The notes under the pieces were generated by a model. It was not told the origin of the DNA and did no database searches. It saw only the letters and a list, made by a program, of their open reading frames with translations. Source: a virus. Taken from it: DNA of 64,000 nt. Numbering within the stretch: position 1 is the first letter of the stretch; every line of letters begins with the position of its first letter. Positions 19,030 to 30,556 of this stretch are shown in pieces. Position numbers and translations under genes: made by a program. The stretch covers positions 30,357-94,356 of IMG/VR virus record IMGVR_UViG_3300005529_000026; one strand, written 5' to 3'.

Positions 19030-20895
19030 CTATCGAATCGGGCAGACGCCGCCAGCGCACTCAGTGTCTTCTAGCATTTCGCCGTCACCGATTTCGTCCA
19101 TGTTGATGGGTTTGACCTTGGCCGACAATTTTTCGTATTGCTCGGCTGTGATGGCTTCTTTCGGAGCCTGCTTGAAACCGTGCTCGCTATGACACAAGAA
19201 GCTAATCGTCTTGATGTGCTGAAGATTATCCTCAAGCCACTCTTTCAGCTTGGCGATGTCTTCTTTCTTGTAGTACACCGTGACGCTCACGGACTGGTCT
19301 GCCCAATATCGCTGCGCCATTTTCAAAACGTCTAGCTGCTTCCAAGTGTCCCAATCTTCATCCGCGACCGGATAACCTTCAGGAGCCTTCACGTAGAAAT
19401 CAACGACAAGCGTTTGCGGGTCAATTGAGCCGTCGAATTTCAGAACCGGCTCGATGTGATGTCCGGCAGCCTTCAACAAAGGAATGAGCGGGTCGTTTGA
19501 TGCGAACCGCACACGCTGGATGAAGTGGCGGCTGTACGCGGCATGAATGCCCTCGTACCCGTCGCAGTCCAGCACCTTCGACATCGTGCCTGAAGGCTTC
19601 ACGACCGTAGTGCGAACGCTCCTAGGAACGCCTAGCTCTTTCGAGTACCTCTCATCCTCGTCCTGAATTGCTGCATACGCCTTGTCGAGCGACACAGGAT
19701 TGAAAAGGGGAGACGCTAGACAGCCTGTGATTCCCACACCAACACGCCGGTTGCGCTTAATGACCTCATCACTGACCTCGTGGTGATATTTCTCCATCGT
19801 CACACGCTTGCCATAACGAAACCATAGACGCGAGGATTCAATGAATTCAGCCTCGCTCTCCATGTTGCACAGAGCTTGTTCGAGAAGGTTGCACGGCTCG
19901 CCGTTTTCTAGTGTTGCCTCGGCACAAGGGTTCACACCGATGGCCGTATCCTTCTTGATTTCTCCCATGCGCCCGAACTTCTGGATGTTTGTGAGATTGA
20001 CGATGCCGAACGGCTCGCCCTGCTCGTACGTTTTCCAGAACAGCGGATGCAGGTCTTCCACGTCATCGCAGACGACGCTGTAATTAGCGCAGCTACGATG
20101 TGTCGGGATTGTGTCCAAATCCCAGCGCTTAGCTTTCAGGTATTCCTTGTCCCAGCAGTCACCAATGATGATGATGGCGCTGCGGCGGACGTTTCCAGCC
20201 ACAACCATTTCTCCTGTGGCTGTCAGAATGTCGGCTGCGTCAATCGGGCGTAATTGCTTTCCCGCTCGTGCTCCTAGAATTTTGCTAAGGTTCTCGATGA
20301 ACCGGATGAGCGGCAGCGGCCCTGAAGCCACACCGCCGAATCCCTTGATTGGCTCGCCGTAACCGCGCAAGCAAATCGTTGAGTAGCTGAAAGATTTGCC
20401 AGTGACAAAATAAGATTCCAACACTCGGCGGGTAAGTTCGCACCAACCCTCACGACTGTCAGGAACGATGAAGTCGGCATCCTTGGTCGCTTTGTGAACG
20501 ACCGTAACACCCTTCTTTACTCGCGGCAGTTGTCTGACGAACTCATGCTGCACACTCAAGCCAACGCCGCCGCCCAGCATCAGCAAATCCTGTGCAATTA
20601 CGAAGTGCTCCCACTCGGCAGCAGTCAAAAACCAACAGTTGCACAGAGCAGCGCCTCCGATTCGCTCATGCGCTGGTGCCCCGCTGAACCAGAAACCACG
20701 CCCAGCCGGGCCGGATTTGCGCTCTTTGGCGAACTTTAGAAGCGCCTTGACTTCTGCTTCGGGTACACTGTGGCCGCGCACGTTACCCCTCACGGCCCGT
20801 TCGACGGTAGCGTTCCAGTCTTCTAGAGCGCCTGTGTCTTTCCTTGCGTATGTTCGTCTGTGAATAATTGCAGCCAGATTAGACCAAGGTTTCAC
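19030..20895 (-). CDS. nrdJ: Class II (adenosylcobalamin-dependent) ribonucleotide reductase
   Basis: RRTYAR, PAGRG, NCW, GGGVG, VAGNVRRSA, NPCAE, TVVKPSGT, C-terminal CAGGVCPIR. Confidence 0.93.
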   Translation of the reverse strand: MKPWSNLAAIIHRRTYARKDTGALEDWNATVERAVRGNVRGHSVPEAEVKALLKFAKERKSGPAGRGFWFSGAPAHERIGGAALCNCWFLTAAEWEHFVIAQDLLMLGGGVGLSVQHEFVRQLPRVKKGVTVVHKATKDADFIVPDSREGWCELTRRVLESYFVTGKSFSYSTICLRGYGEPIKGFGGVASGPLPLIRFIENLSKILGARAGKQLRPIDAADILTATGEMVVAGNVRRSAIIIIGDCWDKEYLKAKRWDLDTIPTHRSCANYSVVCDDVEDLHPLFWKTYEQGEPFGIVNLTNIQKFGRMGEIKKDTAIGVNPCAEATLENGEPCNLLEQALCNMESEAEFIESSRLWFRYGKRVTMEKYHHEVSDEVIKRNRRVGVGITGCLASPLFNPVSLDKAYAAIQDEDERYSKELGVPRSVRTTVVKPSGTMSKVLDCDGYEGIHAAYSRHFIQRVRFASNDPLIPLLKAAGHHIEPVLKFDGSIDPQTLVVDFYVKAPEGYPVADEDWDTWKQLDVLKMAQRYWADQSVSVTVYYKKEDIAKLKEWLEDNLQHIKTISFLCHSEHGFKQAPKEAITAEQYEKLSAKVKPINMDEIGDGEMLEDTECAGGVCPIR

Positions 20896-21081
20896 TAGAA
20901 TCTAACCGGCTCCGGCTTATGGACTTTCTTGATGTTCTTCATTTCTGTGACTAGGCCGCAACCGGGGTCGGGAAGGATAAGTGTCATGTCCTTCGTTTTC
21001 CTGCTCACGATGCCATAGCCTGTGTTGCCTTTTTGGTCGGTGAACGAAACGCGGTCACCTTCCTTCAAAACTTCTAGCTGC

Positions 21082-22092
21082 TCAGCCACGCTTTGCCAGT
21101 ACCTCTTTCAGAATTTTCTGATAGAGAGCGGCATCCTCCAATGCTGCTGCTGCGTTAAGCCTGCCCTGCCCTAGGCGTTCGCCTTTGTAGCTGAACCAAG
21201 CGCCCGACTTCTCGACAATCTCATACTTCACTGCGTTGTCAATCAAGTCAGCCTTCGGCTCGAAGCCAAGACCAAACATCAGGTCAATCTCTGCTTCTTG
21301 AAACGGTGGGGAGACTTTGTTCTTCGCGCCCTTAACCTTCACGCGATTGCCCACAATCAGGTCGCCTTCCTTGACCTGCGCGATGCGGCGCACATCTAGA
21401 CGTACGCTGGAATAGAACCGCAGCGCTCGTCCCCCTGTGGTGGTTTCAGGGCTGCCAAACATTACGCCGATTTTTTCTCGAATCTGGTTGATGAAGATGA
21501 GACAGGTGTTGCTTTTCGCCACTACACCAGTCAGCTTGCGCATGGCCTGCGACATCAAGCGGGCTTGCAAGCCCACGTTGCTGTCGCCCATCTCACCCTC
21601 TAGCTCTGCTCTAGGCACCAGTGCGGCCACGGAGTCCACTACCAGCAACCCCACTGAACCGGAGCGCACGAGGATTTCAGCAATTTCAAGCGCCTGCTCG
21701 CCGCAGTCGGGCTGCGACACGAGGAGCTTGTTCATGTCTACGCCCAGTTTTGTGGCGTAGTTCGGGTCTAGCGCATGCTCCGCGTCAATGAACGCGGCCT
21801 GCTCGCCCGCAGACTGTGCAGAGGCGATGGTTTGTAGCGCCATCGTCGTCTTGCCGCCTGCCTCCGGCCCGTAGATTTCGTTGATGCGCCCCTTCGGAAA
21901 GCCGCCGATGCCCAGCACGTCATAATCAACGCTAAACACGCCGGTAGGGATGTGTGGCATCTGCACGCCGACACGCTTTCCCATGTTGAAGATGGCACCC
22001 TTGCCAAAGTCCTTGTCAATCTGCGCTAGGGCCATATCTAGCGCTTTTTCCTTGTCCTTCGGAAACGAAGGCGCTTCCTGCTCAATTGCCAT
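21082..22092 (-). CDS. recA: Recombinase RecA
   Basis: [37 protein letters not shown]. Confidence 0.97.
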   Translation of the reverse strand: MAIEQEAPSFPKDKEKALDMALAQIDKDFGKGAIFNMGKRVGVQMPHIPTGVFSVDYDVLGIGGFPKGRINEIYGPEAGGKTTMALQTIASAQSAGEQAAFIDAEHALDPNYATKLGVDMNKLLVSQPDCGEQALEIAEILVRSGSVGLLVVDSVAALVPRAELEGEMGDSNVGLQARLMSQAMRKLTGVVAKSNTCLIFINQIREKIGVMFGSPETTTGGRALRFYSSVRLDVRRIAQVKEGDLIVGNRVKVKGAKNKVSPPFQEAEIDLMFGLGFEPKADLIDNAVKYEIVEKSGAWFSYKGERLGQGRLNAAAALEDAALYQKILKEVLAKRG

Positions 22093-22351
22093 TTACTTGT
22101 TCGTAGGTCTGCTCGAAAATGTCGGGCTTGCAGGGATAGAAATGCTTTCCGTCCGGCTCACCGATTACCCAATCTCCATCTGCTAGATAAGACCTCTGCT
22201 CGTGGATTGTGGTGACATACGGCCTCTCCGCCTCATCAAAGCGAATAGCGTACAGAAGCCACGGCGAACAGAAGCCATTCACGCGATATTGCTCAGCCGT
22301 TACGACAACCGGCTTCTTGCGGAACTGCCTAGCCATTCTGAGCCTGCTCAA
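22082..22351 (-). CDS. Conserved phage hypothetical protein
   Basis: FRKKPVVV.A...GDWVI...[11 protein letters not shown]. Confidence 0.7.
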   Translation of the reverse strand: MSRLRMARQFRKKPVVVTAEQYRVNGFCSPWLLYAIRFDEAERPYVTTIHEQRSYLADGDWVIGEPDGKHFYPCKPDIFEQTYEQVNGN

Positions 22352-22604
22352 CGGGCGTCAGGTCAATGTAGAAGAACTGGCCCTTCTTCAGCGTCTCAAT
22401 GACGGCGGGGTTATCCACGAACATCTTGAACTCGCCGCTCGGAGTGAACTGCGCGAAGCGCTGGTCTTCTGGAATGTTGGTGTCGTACATCGGACGGAGC
22501 ACGATGGTGCGCCCGGTCGGGTGCCAGCTATGCTCGGTGATTTCCTGAACCTGAAACTTTGCTCGTACCGTGTTAACCACGAAGTGCTCCCTCGTTGTCT
22601 GCAA
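22329..22604 (-). CDS. Conserved phage hypothetical protein
   Basis: VRAKF...F..FTPSG...DNP...FYID. Confidence 0.6.
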   Translation of the reverse strand: MQTTREHFVVNTVRAKFQVQEITEHSWHPTGRTIVLRPMYDTNIPEDQRFAQFTPSGEFKMFVDNPAVIETLKKGQFFYIDLTPVEQAQNG

Positions 22605-23004
22605 TCATCATTGCGTAGTTGCCTGCGTCTGCGCACAGGTCGCGGATTAGCTCGGCTGACATACCGGCCTCTAGCGCGTTGACAATCATTGCTGCCTTCT
22701 GCGTCAGCTTGCCAGCCAGAAAGAACTTGCCATCATGCTTCCAGCCATTCTTTCCGGGCTGTCCGTCTACCTCATCGAGCCTCGATTGCATTTCTAGCGC
22801 AAAAGCGAACACCGACTCATCAACTTCTTCGCTTTTATCTGCCTGTTCGTCGTTAACATTCACGTTGATATCCACCTGAACGCGCTGAGGCTGCGGCGGA
22901 AATATTGTGAAGCTATTAGCGAATCCACCCACCACATTCGTATTGGGGTCTGAGATTGGCGGCAAAGGAGGAATCAAGCCACTTTGGGTGTTGCTGTCTG
23001 ACAT
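22573..23004 (-). CDS. Hypothetical protein (MazG-like helical fold possible)
   Basis: FA.EM...GK.GW...ADAGNYAMMIAD. Confidence 0.5.
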   Translation of the reverse strand: MSDSNTQSGLIPPLPPISDPNTNVVGGFANSFTIFPPQPQRVQVDINVNVNDEQADKSEEVDESVFAFALEMQSRLDEVDGQPGKNGWKHDGKFFLAGKLTQKAAMIVNALEAGMSAELIRDLCADAGNYAMMIADNEGALRG

Positions 23005-23404
23005 TCCTGCTCCTTGATGTAAAGTTCTAGAAACTTGAGGTATTTACTGCCTTGAACTTTGCTCACGACTTCTCTCCCCATCGTTTCTAGGGCCGCTCTC
23101 GCGGTCGTGTAGCGTGCAACTTGCACCGTGAAGAACTTGAACCAGCACGCTTTGCAATTGCACTTCGGAACTCTCAACGCCTGATAACGGCTATACGAAC
23201 CGCACTGTTCTTGCATTACCGATAAACTCCGGTTAACGCGAACTCCATGTCGGCTACTTCACCGACAGGTGTTACGAAATCATCAGCCGCCATGCCCTTG
23301 GCTTTCTCGTAGGCATCTTCGATGGACTTTGCCATCATCTCGACGTAAATCGTTGCCTTTACTTCTGCTTGGATAAAGAACCTTTTCTGCTCTTGCTTTG
23401 CCAT

Positions 23405-23800
23405 TTATCGCGTGTCCTTCGCTTTCATGTACCGTGCAAACGGGTAAACGTGACGCTGAATGAGCAGACGGCCCATCTTCTCTCGCACCCGGTTATACAA
23501 GTCCACGAACTTGTCGTCTTTCAGTTCCTCTTGCGTGGGGTTGCGCCCGGTTGCAATGTCTGCAAAAAACGCGAACTCCGTTCCATTCAGCGCGACTTTC
23601 GCGCACACTTCCACATCCGCAAGGAAATCAACTAAAGTGGGTTTCACCACGCCAATTGCGTGACTTCCCCCTGTTCCTTCTAGCGCCCTCTCGTAGTTGA
23701 TGGCTTGGTGACTTCCCGCTGTCCAGCGAGCTTCAACATACGTTGCCATCACTTCATCGAAAACTGAGCGCCAATAGAAGCGCTTACTGCCCTTAAGCAT
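23405..23800 (-). CDS. Hypothetical protein
   Basis: Packed in the operon. Confidence 0.5.
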   Translation of the reverse strand: MLKGSKRFYWRSVFDEVMATYVEARWTAGSHQAINYERALEGTGGSHAIGVVKPTLVDFLADVEVCAKVALNGTEFAFFADIATGRNPTQEELKDDKFVDLYNRVREKMGRLLIQRHVYPFARYMKAKDTR

Positions 23801-24215
23801 TACGTGTTACTTTCGTTTCCCGTTTTTGAGGCTGCTTGGTGCCGTGTGGCCCATATCGCCTGTTTTTTGCTTTCCGTGTTACTCGTCCAACAACCCCGTA
23901 AACGTTCTCTCCCAAAGCCGCTGTCACCGTAGGATTTTCTAGGTAATCAGCCGCCCGTCGTAGCAACGCGGGGTTGTCTTTGAACGCTTCGAGCGCTCGG
24001 TTAATCTTCCAGTCAATGAAGCCGCGCACTAGCCCGGTCGCATGGTCATGGTCAACGACCAATCGCTTTGAGGGCTTTCCAGTTATGGCGCACACGCCTT
24101 TTTGGAACTTTAGAACTGCGTCATATTCCTCTGCTGTGATGTTGAACAGGAGCTTTAGACGCTGTGACCGCTTTCGCTCCGCTGCACTCTGCGAAGCCTT
24201 AGCCACTTTTGTCAA
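23793..24215 (-). CDS. Endonuclease VII-like nuclease
   Basis: Q.GVCAI, VDHDH.TG.VRG, LRRAADYL; some Zn ligands are substituted. Confidence 0.85.
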   Translation of the reverse strand: MTKVAKASQSAAERKRSQRLKLLFNITAEEYDAVLKFQKGVCAITGKPSKRLVVDHDHATGLVRGFIDWKINRALEAFKDNPALLRRAADYLENPTVTAALGENVYGVVGRVTRKAKNRRYGPHGTKQPQKRETKVTRNA

Positions 24216-24843
24216 CGATGAATGTCCACTACACGCCCTTGGTCGTCCAAGCGTAGGCCGTGCTTCGCTGCAAATTCTTCATCTGGTGCCCATCGCGCCA
24301 CACTGCCGTCCGCATAAATAGTGACTAGAATGGTTTTCTTACCAGCCGTGTCCTTAGCAACGACATGAACGCCTTCTGGTGTGTGGGTGTTCCTTTCCAG
24401 ATAAAGAAGAACTTCGTCAGTGTCCGGCAATACATCAACAAATCTCATGCTCATTCCGGTTCAACCTCTTTCAGAAAACCATCCACAACGAACACGGCGT
24501 ACTTGATTACACCGCCGTGCCATACTCCGAAAAGAACCGCAGGTACGCGCTTAGAGCGATAGTTCTTCTGCATGAACTCACGTAGCTCCTCAATGCCTTG
24601 CCGATGTTGTTCCCACACCGTTGCGCGGTTCTTCTCGCAAATTTCTACTCCGTCAATCACTTCTCCGAAGACACCTGTACGGATGCCTTGTTGGTCGGCC
24701 CATGATTTGCGCACACTTGTCCCTTGAAGGCCCGTCAGCAATGAGGGCGATTTGAAAGAAGGGGCGCTTCCGCCAAGAAAGCGCCCCGTTTTGGCAGGGG
24801 ACTACTGATGTCCCGCACTCATAGTCAGTTCAATCGTATCTTT

Positions 24844-24872
24844 ATAATACCAAAGAACTAACTGCTTGTCAA
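24844..24872 (-). promoter_or_regulatory. Sigma70-type promoter
   Basis: TTGACA-17-TATTAT on the minus strand. Confidence 0.7.
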
Positions 24873-24893
24873 GCACCGAGTCTGTCTACGCTT

Positions 24894-26807
24894 TTATACT
24901 TCTACAGTTTCGTTGCTTATGGCTGTGGTCGGCGGAATGGCTTTCTTGAGGGAAGCCAAGTCCTCCGGTGTGATTTCTCGTACTGTGCTGATGTTACCTT
25001 CCATCAACAACGTGCAGACGCCCCCCGGCGCGTATCTAGAAAGGTCTACGCGAACGAGCATCTGAGGTTCAAACGAGATTTCCTCGTCCATGAAGCCGTC
25101 GAAGTCGTTTTCTCGAATGTGTGCTTTGCGTTTTCTGTGCAAGCACACCATCGCATCGCAGTCTTTCTCAATCTGGCTGGCACCATCTGCATTGTGTGCA
25201 TCAACAATCTCGCCGTCACGAACCCGATTGGGCTGGACGATGCGGATGATGACGATTCCTAGCTCTACAGCTAGGGCTTTGAGCTTTTTGGAAATCTGCG
25301 ACAAGTGAACCGTGCGGTTGTGCTGGCTTCGCAGGGTCATGTCGGCCAAAAGCTGTAAGTTGTCGAACACTACGAACTTTACGCCGTACCGACGGACGGC
25401 CTGCCGGATGGTGTCGTAAACATCATCCGGGGTTTGAACACGAGTGAAGGCGAACAGCAGGTCAGCAGGTCGTGTGCGGGCAATTTCCTTGGCCTTGGCT
25501 ACGGCTGCCTTCATCTCGGCCAGCTTGCGAACCGCTTCTTCCGGGTCTTTGGCTGGCGAGTCGTCCGTCTTGGTCACGTAACTGGCCCATTTGCGGGCTA
25601 GACGTGCCGCCGTCATTTCTAGGCAGAACACCAGTGCAGGGTCTTGGTACTTGTCTACGATGTAGTCGGCCCAATTCAGCGCTAGCGTGGTTTTGCCGAT
25701 TTTGGCCTGAGCGATGATGTCAATGACATCGCCCGGCTCGGCCCCACCCAGCTTGCGGTTGAGAGCCGCCCACGGCGTGTCGTACTTTGGCTTCAACGAC
25801 TCCATGCCGTTCAACTCACGCTCAACCTCATCGAGCGCAGCAGGGGCGTTCATCACACCCTTAACGTCAAACGGCTTGGCCTGAGCCTTTAGGGTCTCGA
25901 ATTCTTCCCTCGTGTGACCGGCCTTGAACCACTCGTTGATGTCCTTGCCCGGCTTGCCGTCAGCCGTTGTGAATTCCGGTAACAGGATGTTGCGGGCTTT
26001 CTCGATGCCGATGCGGGAGGCCATCTCACGCGCCGCTTCCTGCCCAACCTTGTCACGGTCGTAGAGCAGGAAGATTTCTTTGGGCTGAGCGTTATCGAGC
26101 TTGTCAATCCACTCGGCTTTCTTATTGTTAGCGCCGGGGATGCCGCAGACGTTCTCGTAGCCGTAGCTAGCCAGTGTGAGGGCATCAATCTCACCCTCGG
26201 TGAAGATGATTTCATCCATGCCGGACGTGATGACCGCATCGTTGAATAGCGGCTGCTCACGCCCTGAGACGTTGCGAAATTCCTTCTTCGCTGGCGGGAT
26301 GGTACGGAACTTGGCGTAGATGAGGTTCCCGGCCCGGTTGTAGTAGGGGATGACAACCCACTTCTTGCCGCCGAATTCCTCTGAACCTAGCTTGAACTTT
26401 TCAATGACAGCCATTGACAGGCCGCGCTCGGCTACTAAGTAGTCTAGCGCTTCGCCATCGTCCATCAGCCTGCGATGGCATGCGTTCACGTCAGGTAGTG
26501 GCCCCGGTTGCTGGCCGTTTCCGGCCCAGCCCTGAACCGACATCACCGCTTCGGGCTTGTTATCGCCCAGCGCTTCCTTCAACTGCCACAGATTGCCGCT
26601 ACGTCCCTGCCCCTGATTGCAGATGAAGCAATGCCACAGCCCGTCTTCTTCGCCAGCGCCAACGTTGATGTAGAACTTGCCGCGCTCATCGCCGCATAGC
26701 GGGCACTTCTTCAGTACCGCCTTGTCTTTTCCACTCGGCTGAAATTCCCATGTCTTGAGCATGACATATTCCAGCGCTCTAGATGGCGACTGTTCTGTTT
26801 CTATCAA
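24894..26807 (-). CDS. Primase-helicase (Zn finger + TOPRIM + DnaB-like SF4 helicase)
   Basis: CPLC...CFIC, EGEID, YDRD..G, KDINE, AQAKIGKTT, FDNLQ, GASQIEKDCD. Confidence 0.93.
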   Translation of the reverse strand: MIETEQSPSRALEYVMLKTWEFQPSGKDKAVLKKCPLCGDERGKFYINVGAGEEDGLWHCFICNQGQGRSGNLWQLKEALGDNKPEAVMSVQGWAGNGQQPGPLPDVNACHRRLMDDGEALDYLVAERGLSMAVIEKFKLGSEEFGGKKWVVIPYYNRAGNLIYAKFRTIPPAKKEFRNVSGREQPLFNDAVITSGMDEIIFTEGEIDALTLASYGYENVCGIPGANNKKAEWIDKLDNAQPKEIFLLYDRDKVGQEAAREMASRIGIEKARNILLPEFTTADGKPGKDINEWFKAGHTREEFETLKAQAKPFDVKGVMNAPAALDEVERELNGMESLKPKYDTPWAALNRKLGGAEPGDVIDIIAQAKIGKTTLALNWADYIVDKYQDPALVFCLEMTAARLARKWASYVTKTDDSPAKDPEEAVRKLAEMKAAVAKAKEIARTRPADLLFAFTRVQTPDDVYDTIRQAVRRYGVKFVVFDNLQLLADMTLRSQHNRTVHLSQISKKLKALAVELGIVIIRIVQPNRVRDGEIVDAHNADGASQIEKDCDAMVCLHRKRKAHIRENDFDGFMDEEISFEPQMLVRVDLSRYAPGGVCTLLMEGNISTVREITPEDLASLKKAIPPTTAISNETVEV

Positions 26808-27250
26808 TCAAACCACTCCCTTGCCTTCATCGCCCCGATACGGAACGGACGCGAAATGTTAGTGTAGGATTAGCTCGACGCAAATTGTCGGCGTCTCTGT
26901 GTGCCTGAGCCTTGGTCATCAACTGTATCGGCTTCAGTACGACCCACTTGTTCTCGCCCTTGCGCGAGGCATAGACCGTGTAACTACGCTTGCTCACGCT
27001 TTTCACCCTTCTCTTTTGGGCTTGCGGCGGTCGGGTGGGCCGGTGTTTAGGTCGCGTTCGCATTCTCTGCACTCAATGCTCATATGGCCTCCTCCAAATT
27101 TTCAGCCGATGAACAAGCAGCGTTGGCACTGCTCGGTGTGGCTCCAAAACAGAGCCACGGTTTCCATTCTGTGCCCAACAAACGGGCAGACGAGTGTGCC
27201 ACAAACTACTGCTGCTAGTCGCTTCCACAAAGAGACATCCACAGGTAAAC

Positions 27251-27649
27251 TCACGCGACCTCTGTAAGCTCAAACTGCCCGAATGGAATGGCGACGGCTC
27301 CATACAAAGCGTCCTTCATCGCTGCCGCACCATCTGCATTCCACGAATGAATAACAACGTTTTCTCCGAGATAACGGCGTCCCGCCAAATACTTAGCCAC
27401 TTGAAAACCAGTTCCTTGAGGGCACGTCCCATCAGCATGAAGAACTCCTAGGTCGTGGTCTAGGAATACGATGTCAAACGGTTGAGGGGAACGTGCAATG
27501 ACCTCAATCGCTTCGTCGGCTGTTTGAACGAGTGTGAGATTGCTGACACGCTGCTTAAACCACGCAATGCGGTTGTCGCTGTCTTCCAGCAGGAGCACAC
27601 GAGCGCCGCGTGGAATTTTTATCTGCACGTTCAATTTCTTTCTCGACAT
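27251..27649 (-). CDS. Cyclic-phosphate-processing receiver-like domain protein
   Basis: LLLED...R...FLDHDLG...TG..VA...IHSWN..GA..M signature. Confidence 0.75.
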   Translation of the reverse strand: MSRKKLNVQIKIPRGARVLLLEDSDNRIAWFKQRVSNLTLVQTADEAIEVIARSPQPFDIVFLDHDLGVLHADGTCPQGTGFQVAKYLAGRRYLGENVVIHSWNADGAAAMKDALYGAVAIPFGQFELTEVA

Positions 27650-28008
27650 TACTCCTCCATTAGTGGCTTATGATTTGCGGTCGCGTCGTCCTTCTCTTTA
27701 CCGCACACTGTGCAGCGAACAAATGTTCGGTCATCAACGTTCTCTGCCCATTGCGGTTCGTGACACTCTTTGAAGTAGAGGAGGCCGCGAATGCGTAGCG
27801 CCGCTGCTTCTAGGCGTTCGGCGTCAGACAAAGTGAAGCGCTGCAAGTCATCTTCTGAAGGCTTGTACTCCTTCGCAATAACCGCTCGAACCATTCCTTC
27901 ACTACCGGCCCGCACAAGCTCCGGCTGATAGAACGTTGTCATCTTCTCGATGGCTTGCAGCGCGTCGTACCAATGAATCTTTGCGTCTACGTTTGCACTG
28001 CGCGACAC
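27649..28008 (-). CDS. Hypothetical protein with H/CxxC
   Basis: Coupled to neighbours. Confidence 0.5.
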   Translation of the reverse strand: MSRSANVDAKIHWYDALQAIEKMTTFYQPELVRAGSEGMVRAVIAKEYKPSEDDLQRFTLSDAERLEAAALRIRGLLYFKECHEPQWAENVDDRTFVRCTVCGKEKDDATANHKPLMEE

Positions 28009-29703
28009 TTACGCTCTCCTTCGGTTTGGTTGCTGCGCGAAGAAGCGATTCAACCGCGCAGTTACGTCGCCCTTCGACGCTCCGGGCGGGACGTTAATCT
28101 TCAGCCGCTTGCACAGGTTTAGCTGCGCTCTGCTAGGCACATCGTCTCGCCACGCCGCATCTCGGTTCGTCAGGTTGGCGTAGAACTTTCCGCCTAGCTG
28201 TCTCACCATTGCATCAGCGTTCGCAAACGCACTCTCTAGGTCATCTGCAATCAGATGAACCTGCGCACCACGCACCGTGCCGATGATGTGATACTTGTTC
28301 AGCAGGTCTTTGGTGATGACGAGTGTTTCGCCGCCGTGCATGTAGAGCACGTACCCCTCGTTATCTAGGGTAGGCACCCAACCGTTACTCGAATGCTTGA
28401 CGACCTCTGGCGAGTAGGTAACCCGGAATAGGTCAATTTCCTGCGCAAAAGTCTTGAGCTTCGTGATGTCGGTGAGTTGGTTGAAATCCGCATTCGGGTG
28501 CTGTTGCTGAGCCGCTTTTATTTCTTCTAAAGCAGCAACCGCAGACTTGCCCTTCAAGTCGAGCTTGGGGTTCATCCCCAGCAAGCCCGGCAGGGACACG
28601 AGGCTGTGCTTCATCGTGACATCCGCCACGTCGAGCACAATGCAATCCGTCTTAGCTAGAGGAACGCCTTTCTTTCTAGCTTCAACCAGATTGTCAATGC
28701 CTTCTGGAATGCGAGTGCCGCGCCCAATCTGCTGCGCGAACATCAACGGGCTTTTCGTCGGGCGAGCGGTGACAATGCAGGCAAGCTGCCAGTCATCGTA
28801 GCCTTCAGTGAGCACGTTGCAATTGCAGAGCACACGCAGCGTCTTCGCCTTGTGTGCCTTCAGCTTTTCCTCGCGGCTTGGGTCATCGCCCCAAACCGCC
28901 TGCGACGGAATACCGGCCCGCATAAACTCATCTGCTAAGTCCTTGGCGTGCTGAACATCCACGCAGAACACGACCGTTTGCCGGTCTTGCGCGTACTTCT
29001 GCCAGCCCTCAACAATCAGCCGATTGCGAGCAGGAGTATTGACCGTGCGGCCAAGGTCACCCGTCTCGAAGTCGCCAGCGCGGGTCTTAACACTGTCTAG
29101 GCTGGTATCCGTCGTGATGCGAATACCGCGTAGGTCAGAGAGCCAGCCCTGCTTAATCGCATCTAGAATGGACATCTGGTAAACGATTTCGTCGTAAACC
29201 AGATTAAGCCCAACTCCGTCACCACGATTCGGCGTTGCCGTGACACCAACAAGCAACTTCTTGTTGTTGTCGGCCAGCAGACCGAAGTGGTTGAAGATGC
29301 GGATGTAGCTGTCAGCCGTAGAATGGTGCGCTTCGTCGCAGATGATTGCGTCGAATTCTTCAGGCTTAAAGCGCTTGAGGCGCTCACTGCCCTCGCGTCC
29401 TAGAGTCGCAACGGACGCAACGATGACATTCGCGTTGGTGCTGGTCCACTGCTCGGCCTTCTCGATGTCAACATTGTAGCTTGGATTCCACTTGCGAATT
29501 TTGTCTACCGCTTGATTGACAAGCTCCTCGGTGTGAACCAGCACCATGATGCGCCCACGGAGACCGTGGTGATTCGGTAGGTTTGCGAACACGACCGTCT
29601 TTCCAGTGCCGGTCGGGAGAACGATAAGCTGCCTAGTGACACCTAGGGCATACTTGTTGTAGCTCTCCTTCAGCGCGGCGTTCTGATACGGTCGGTTAAG
29701 CAT
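28009..29703 (-). CDS. SF2 DEAH helicase (Irc3/ResIII-like)
   Basis: RPYQ, PTGTGKT, DEAHH, TATP, LTEGYD, QQIGRGTR. Confidence 0.93.
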   Translation of the reverse strand: MLNRPYQNAALKESYNKYALGVTRQLIVLPTGTGKTVVFANLPNHHGLRGRIMVLVHTEELVNQAVDKIRKWNPSYNVDIEKAEQWTSTNANVIVASVATLGREGSERLKRFKPEEFDAIICDEAHHSTADSYIRIFNHFGLLADNNKKLLVGVTATPNRGDGVGLNLVYDEIVYQMSILDAIKQGWLSDLRGIRITTDTSLDSVKTRAGDFETGDLGRTVNTPARNRLIVEGWQKYAQDRQTVVFCVDVQHAKDLADEFMRAGIPSQAVWGDDPSREEKLKAHKAKTLRVLCNCNVLTEGYDDWQLACIVTARPTKSPLMFAQQIGRGTRIPEGIDNLVEARKKGVPLAKTDCIVLDVADVTMKHSLVSLPGLLGMNPKLDLKGKSAVAALEEIKAAQQQHPNADFNQLTDITKLKTFAQEIDLFRVTYSPEVVKHSSNGWVPTLDNEGYVLYMHGGETLVITKDLLNKYHIIGTVRGAQVHLIADDLESAFANADAMVRQLGGKFYANLTNRDAAWRDDVPSRAQLNLCKRLKINVPPGASKGDVTARLNRFFAQQPNRRRA

Positions 29704-29707
29704 TTAG

Positions 29708-30025
29708 CTATCCTTGGAAGATGTTCGAGCGCCACACGCGGATAGGGCTTCGCGTGCGTGAGCCTTGGCCCAGACCGTCGCCGGTCGTGAACGACTCGGT
29801 AGCAGTAATCAAGCCTTCGCGGGCAATGCTATTAAGCACTGGGCCTACGGCGTGGTTATTCCTTGCTGTTGGGTGTGACCCGGAATCGAATTCTTGCCAC
29901 ACATCAATCGCGCTGAACATATTCTTCCGACGCGCAACTCGAAGCACGGCGTCACGGAATGCCGCCTTCCATTCAGGGTCAGCCGCCGCTTCTACGGCGT
30001 TCAAAATTGCTGCGGTAGTGCTCAT
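29708..30025 (-). CDS. Hypothetical protein
   Basis: Coupled ORF. Confidence 0.5.
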   Translation of the reverse strand: MSTTAAILNAVEAAADPEWKAAFRDAVLRVARRKNMFSAIDVWQEFDSGSHPTARNNHAVGPVLNSIAREGLITATESFTTGDGLGQGSRTRSPIRVWRSNIFQG

Positions 30026-30230
30026 ACTGTCTTCCCCACGGCCCAGTAGACCGAATCCCCAGACGGCATTGAGCGGTTGAGAATGCGAACCGGGCTAGAT
30101 GGGTCTAGATTGATTTCGCTCACTCGTGTTCTAAAGGCACTTCCGAATGTCGCGTGCAGATTGTTGCTTGAGAATTCCTGCCCGATGTGCTCCTTGAACA
30201 ATTCAAGGATTCGAGCTTTCTTCGTGAGCC

Positions 30231-30554
30231 TTACTGCCGTCTGTTGGGAAACCAGCCGTTGACAAATTCCCATTTCACTCCCTCGTCGGCGTTGATTTCT
30301 TGCCCGTCTCGTAACGGGCGAATGATGATGTAGCGGTCGTGCAGCGCTTGATGGCAGCGCTTGCACATCGTTATCATGTTGTAGCTGGCGTCATCCCCGC
30401 CTTGTGAGCGGAAGGTGATGTGATGAGCATTAAGCTGTTCGCGGGCTTTGCACCACGGCACTTTGCAGCGCCACCCATCCCGTTGATGAACCCTGTCACA
30501 CAGCTTCTTGTATTCTTTTTTCGGCAGCACTAAGCGGCTGCGCTTGGCCCTCAC
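30231..30554 (-). CDS. HNH endonuclease
   Basis: RDGWRC...C...HHI..RSQGG.D...N..T.C..CH...H. Confidence 0.88.
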   Translation of the reverse strand: MRAKRSRLVLPKKEYKKLCDRVHQRDGWRCKVPWCKAREQLNAHHITFRSQGGDDASYNMITMCKRCHQALHDRYIIIRPLRDGQEINADEGVKWEFVNGWFPNRRQ

Positions 30555-30556
30555 TG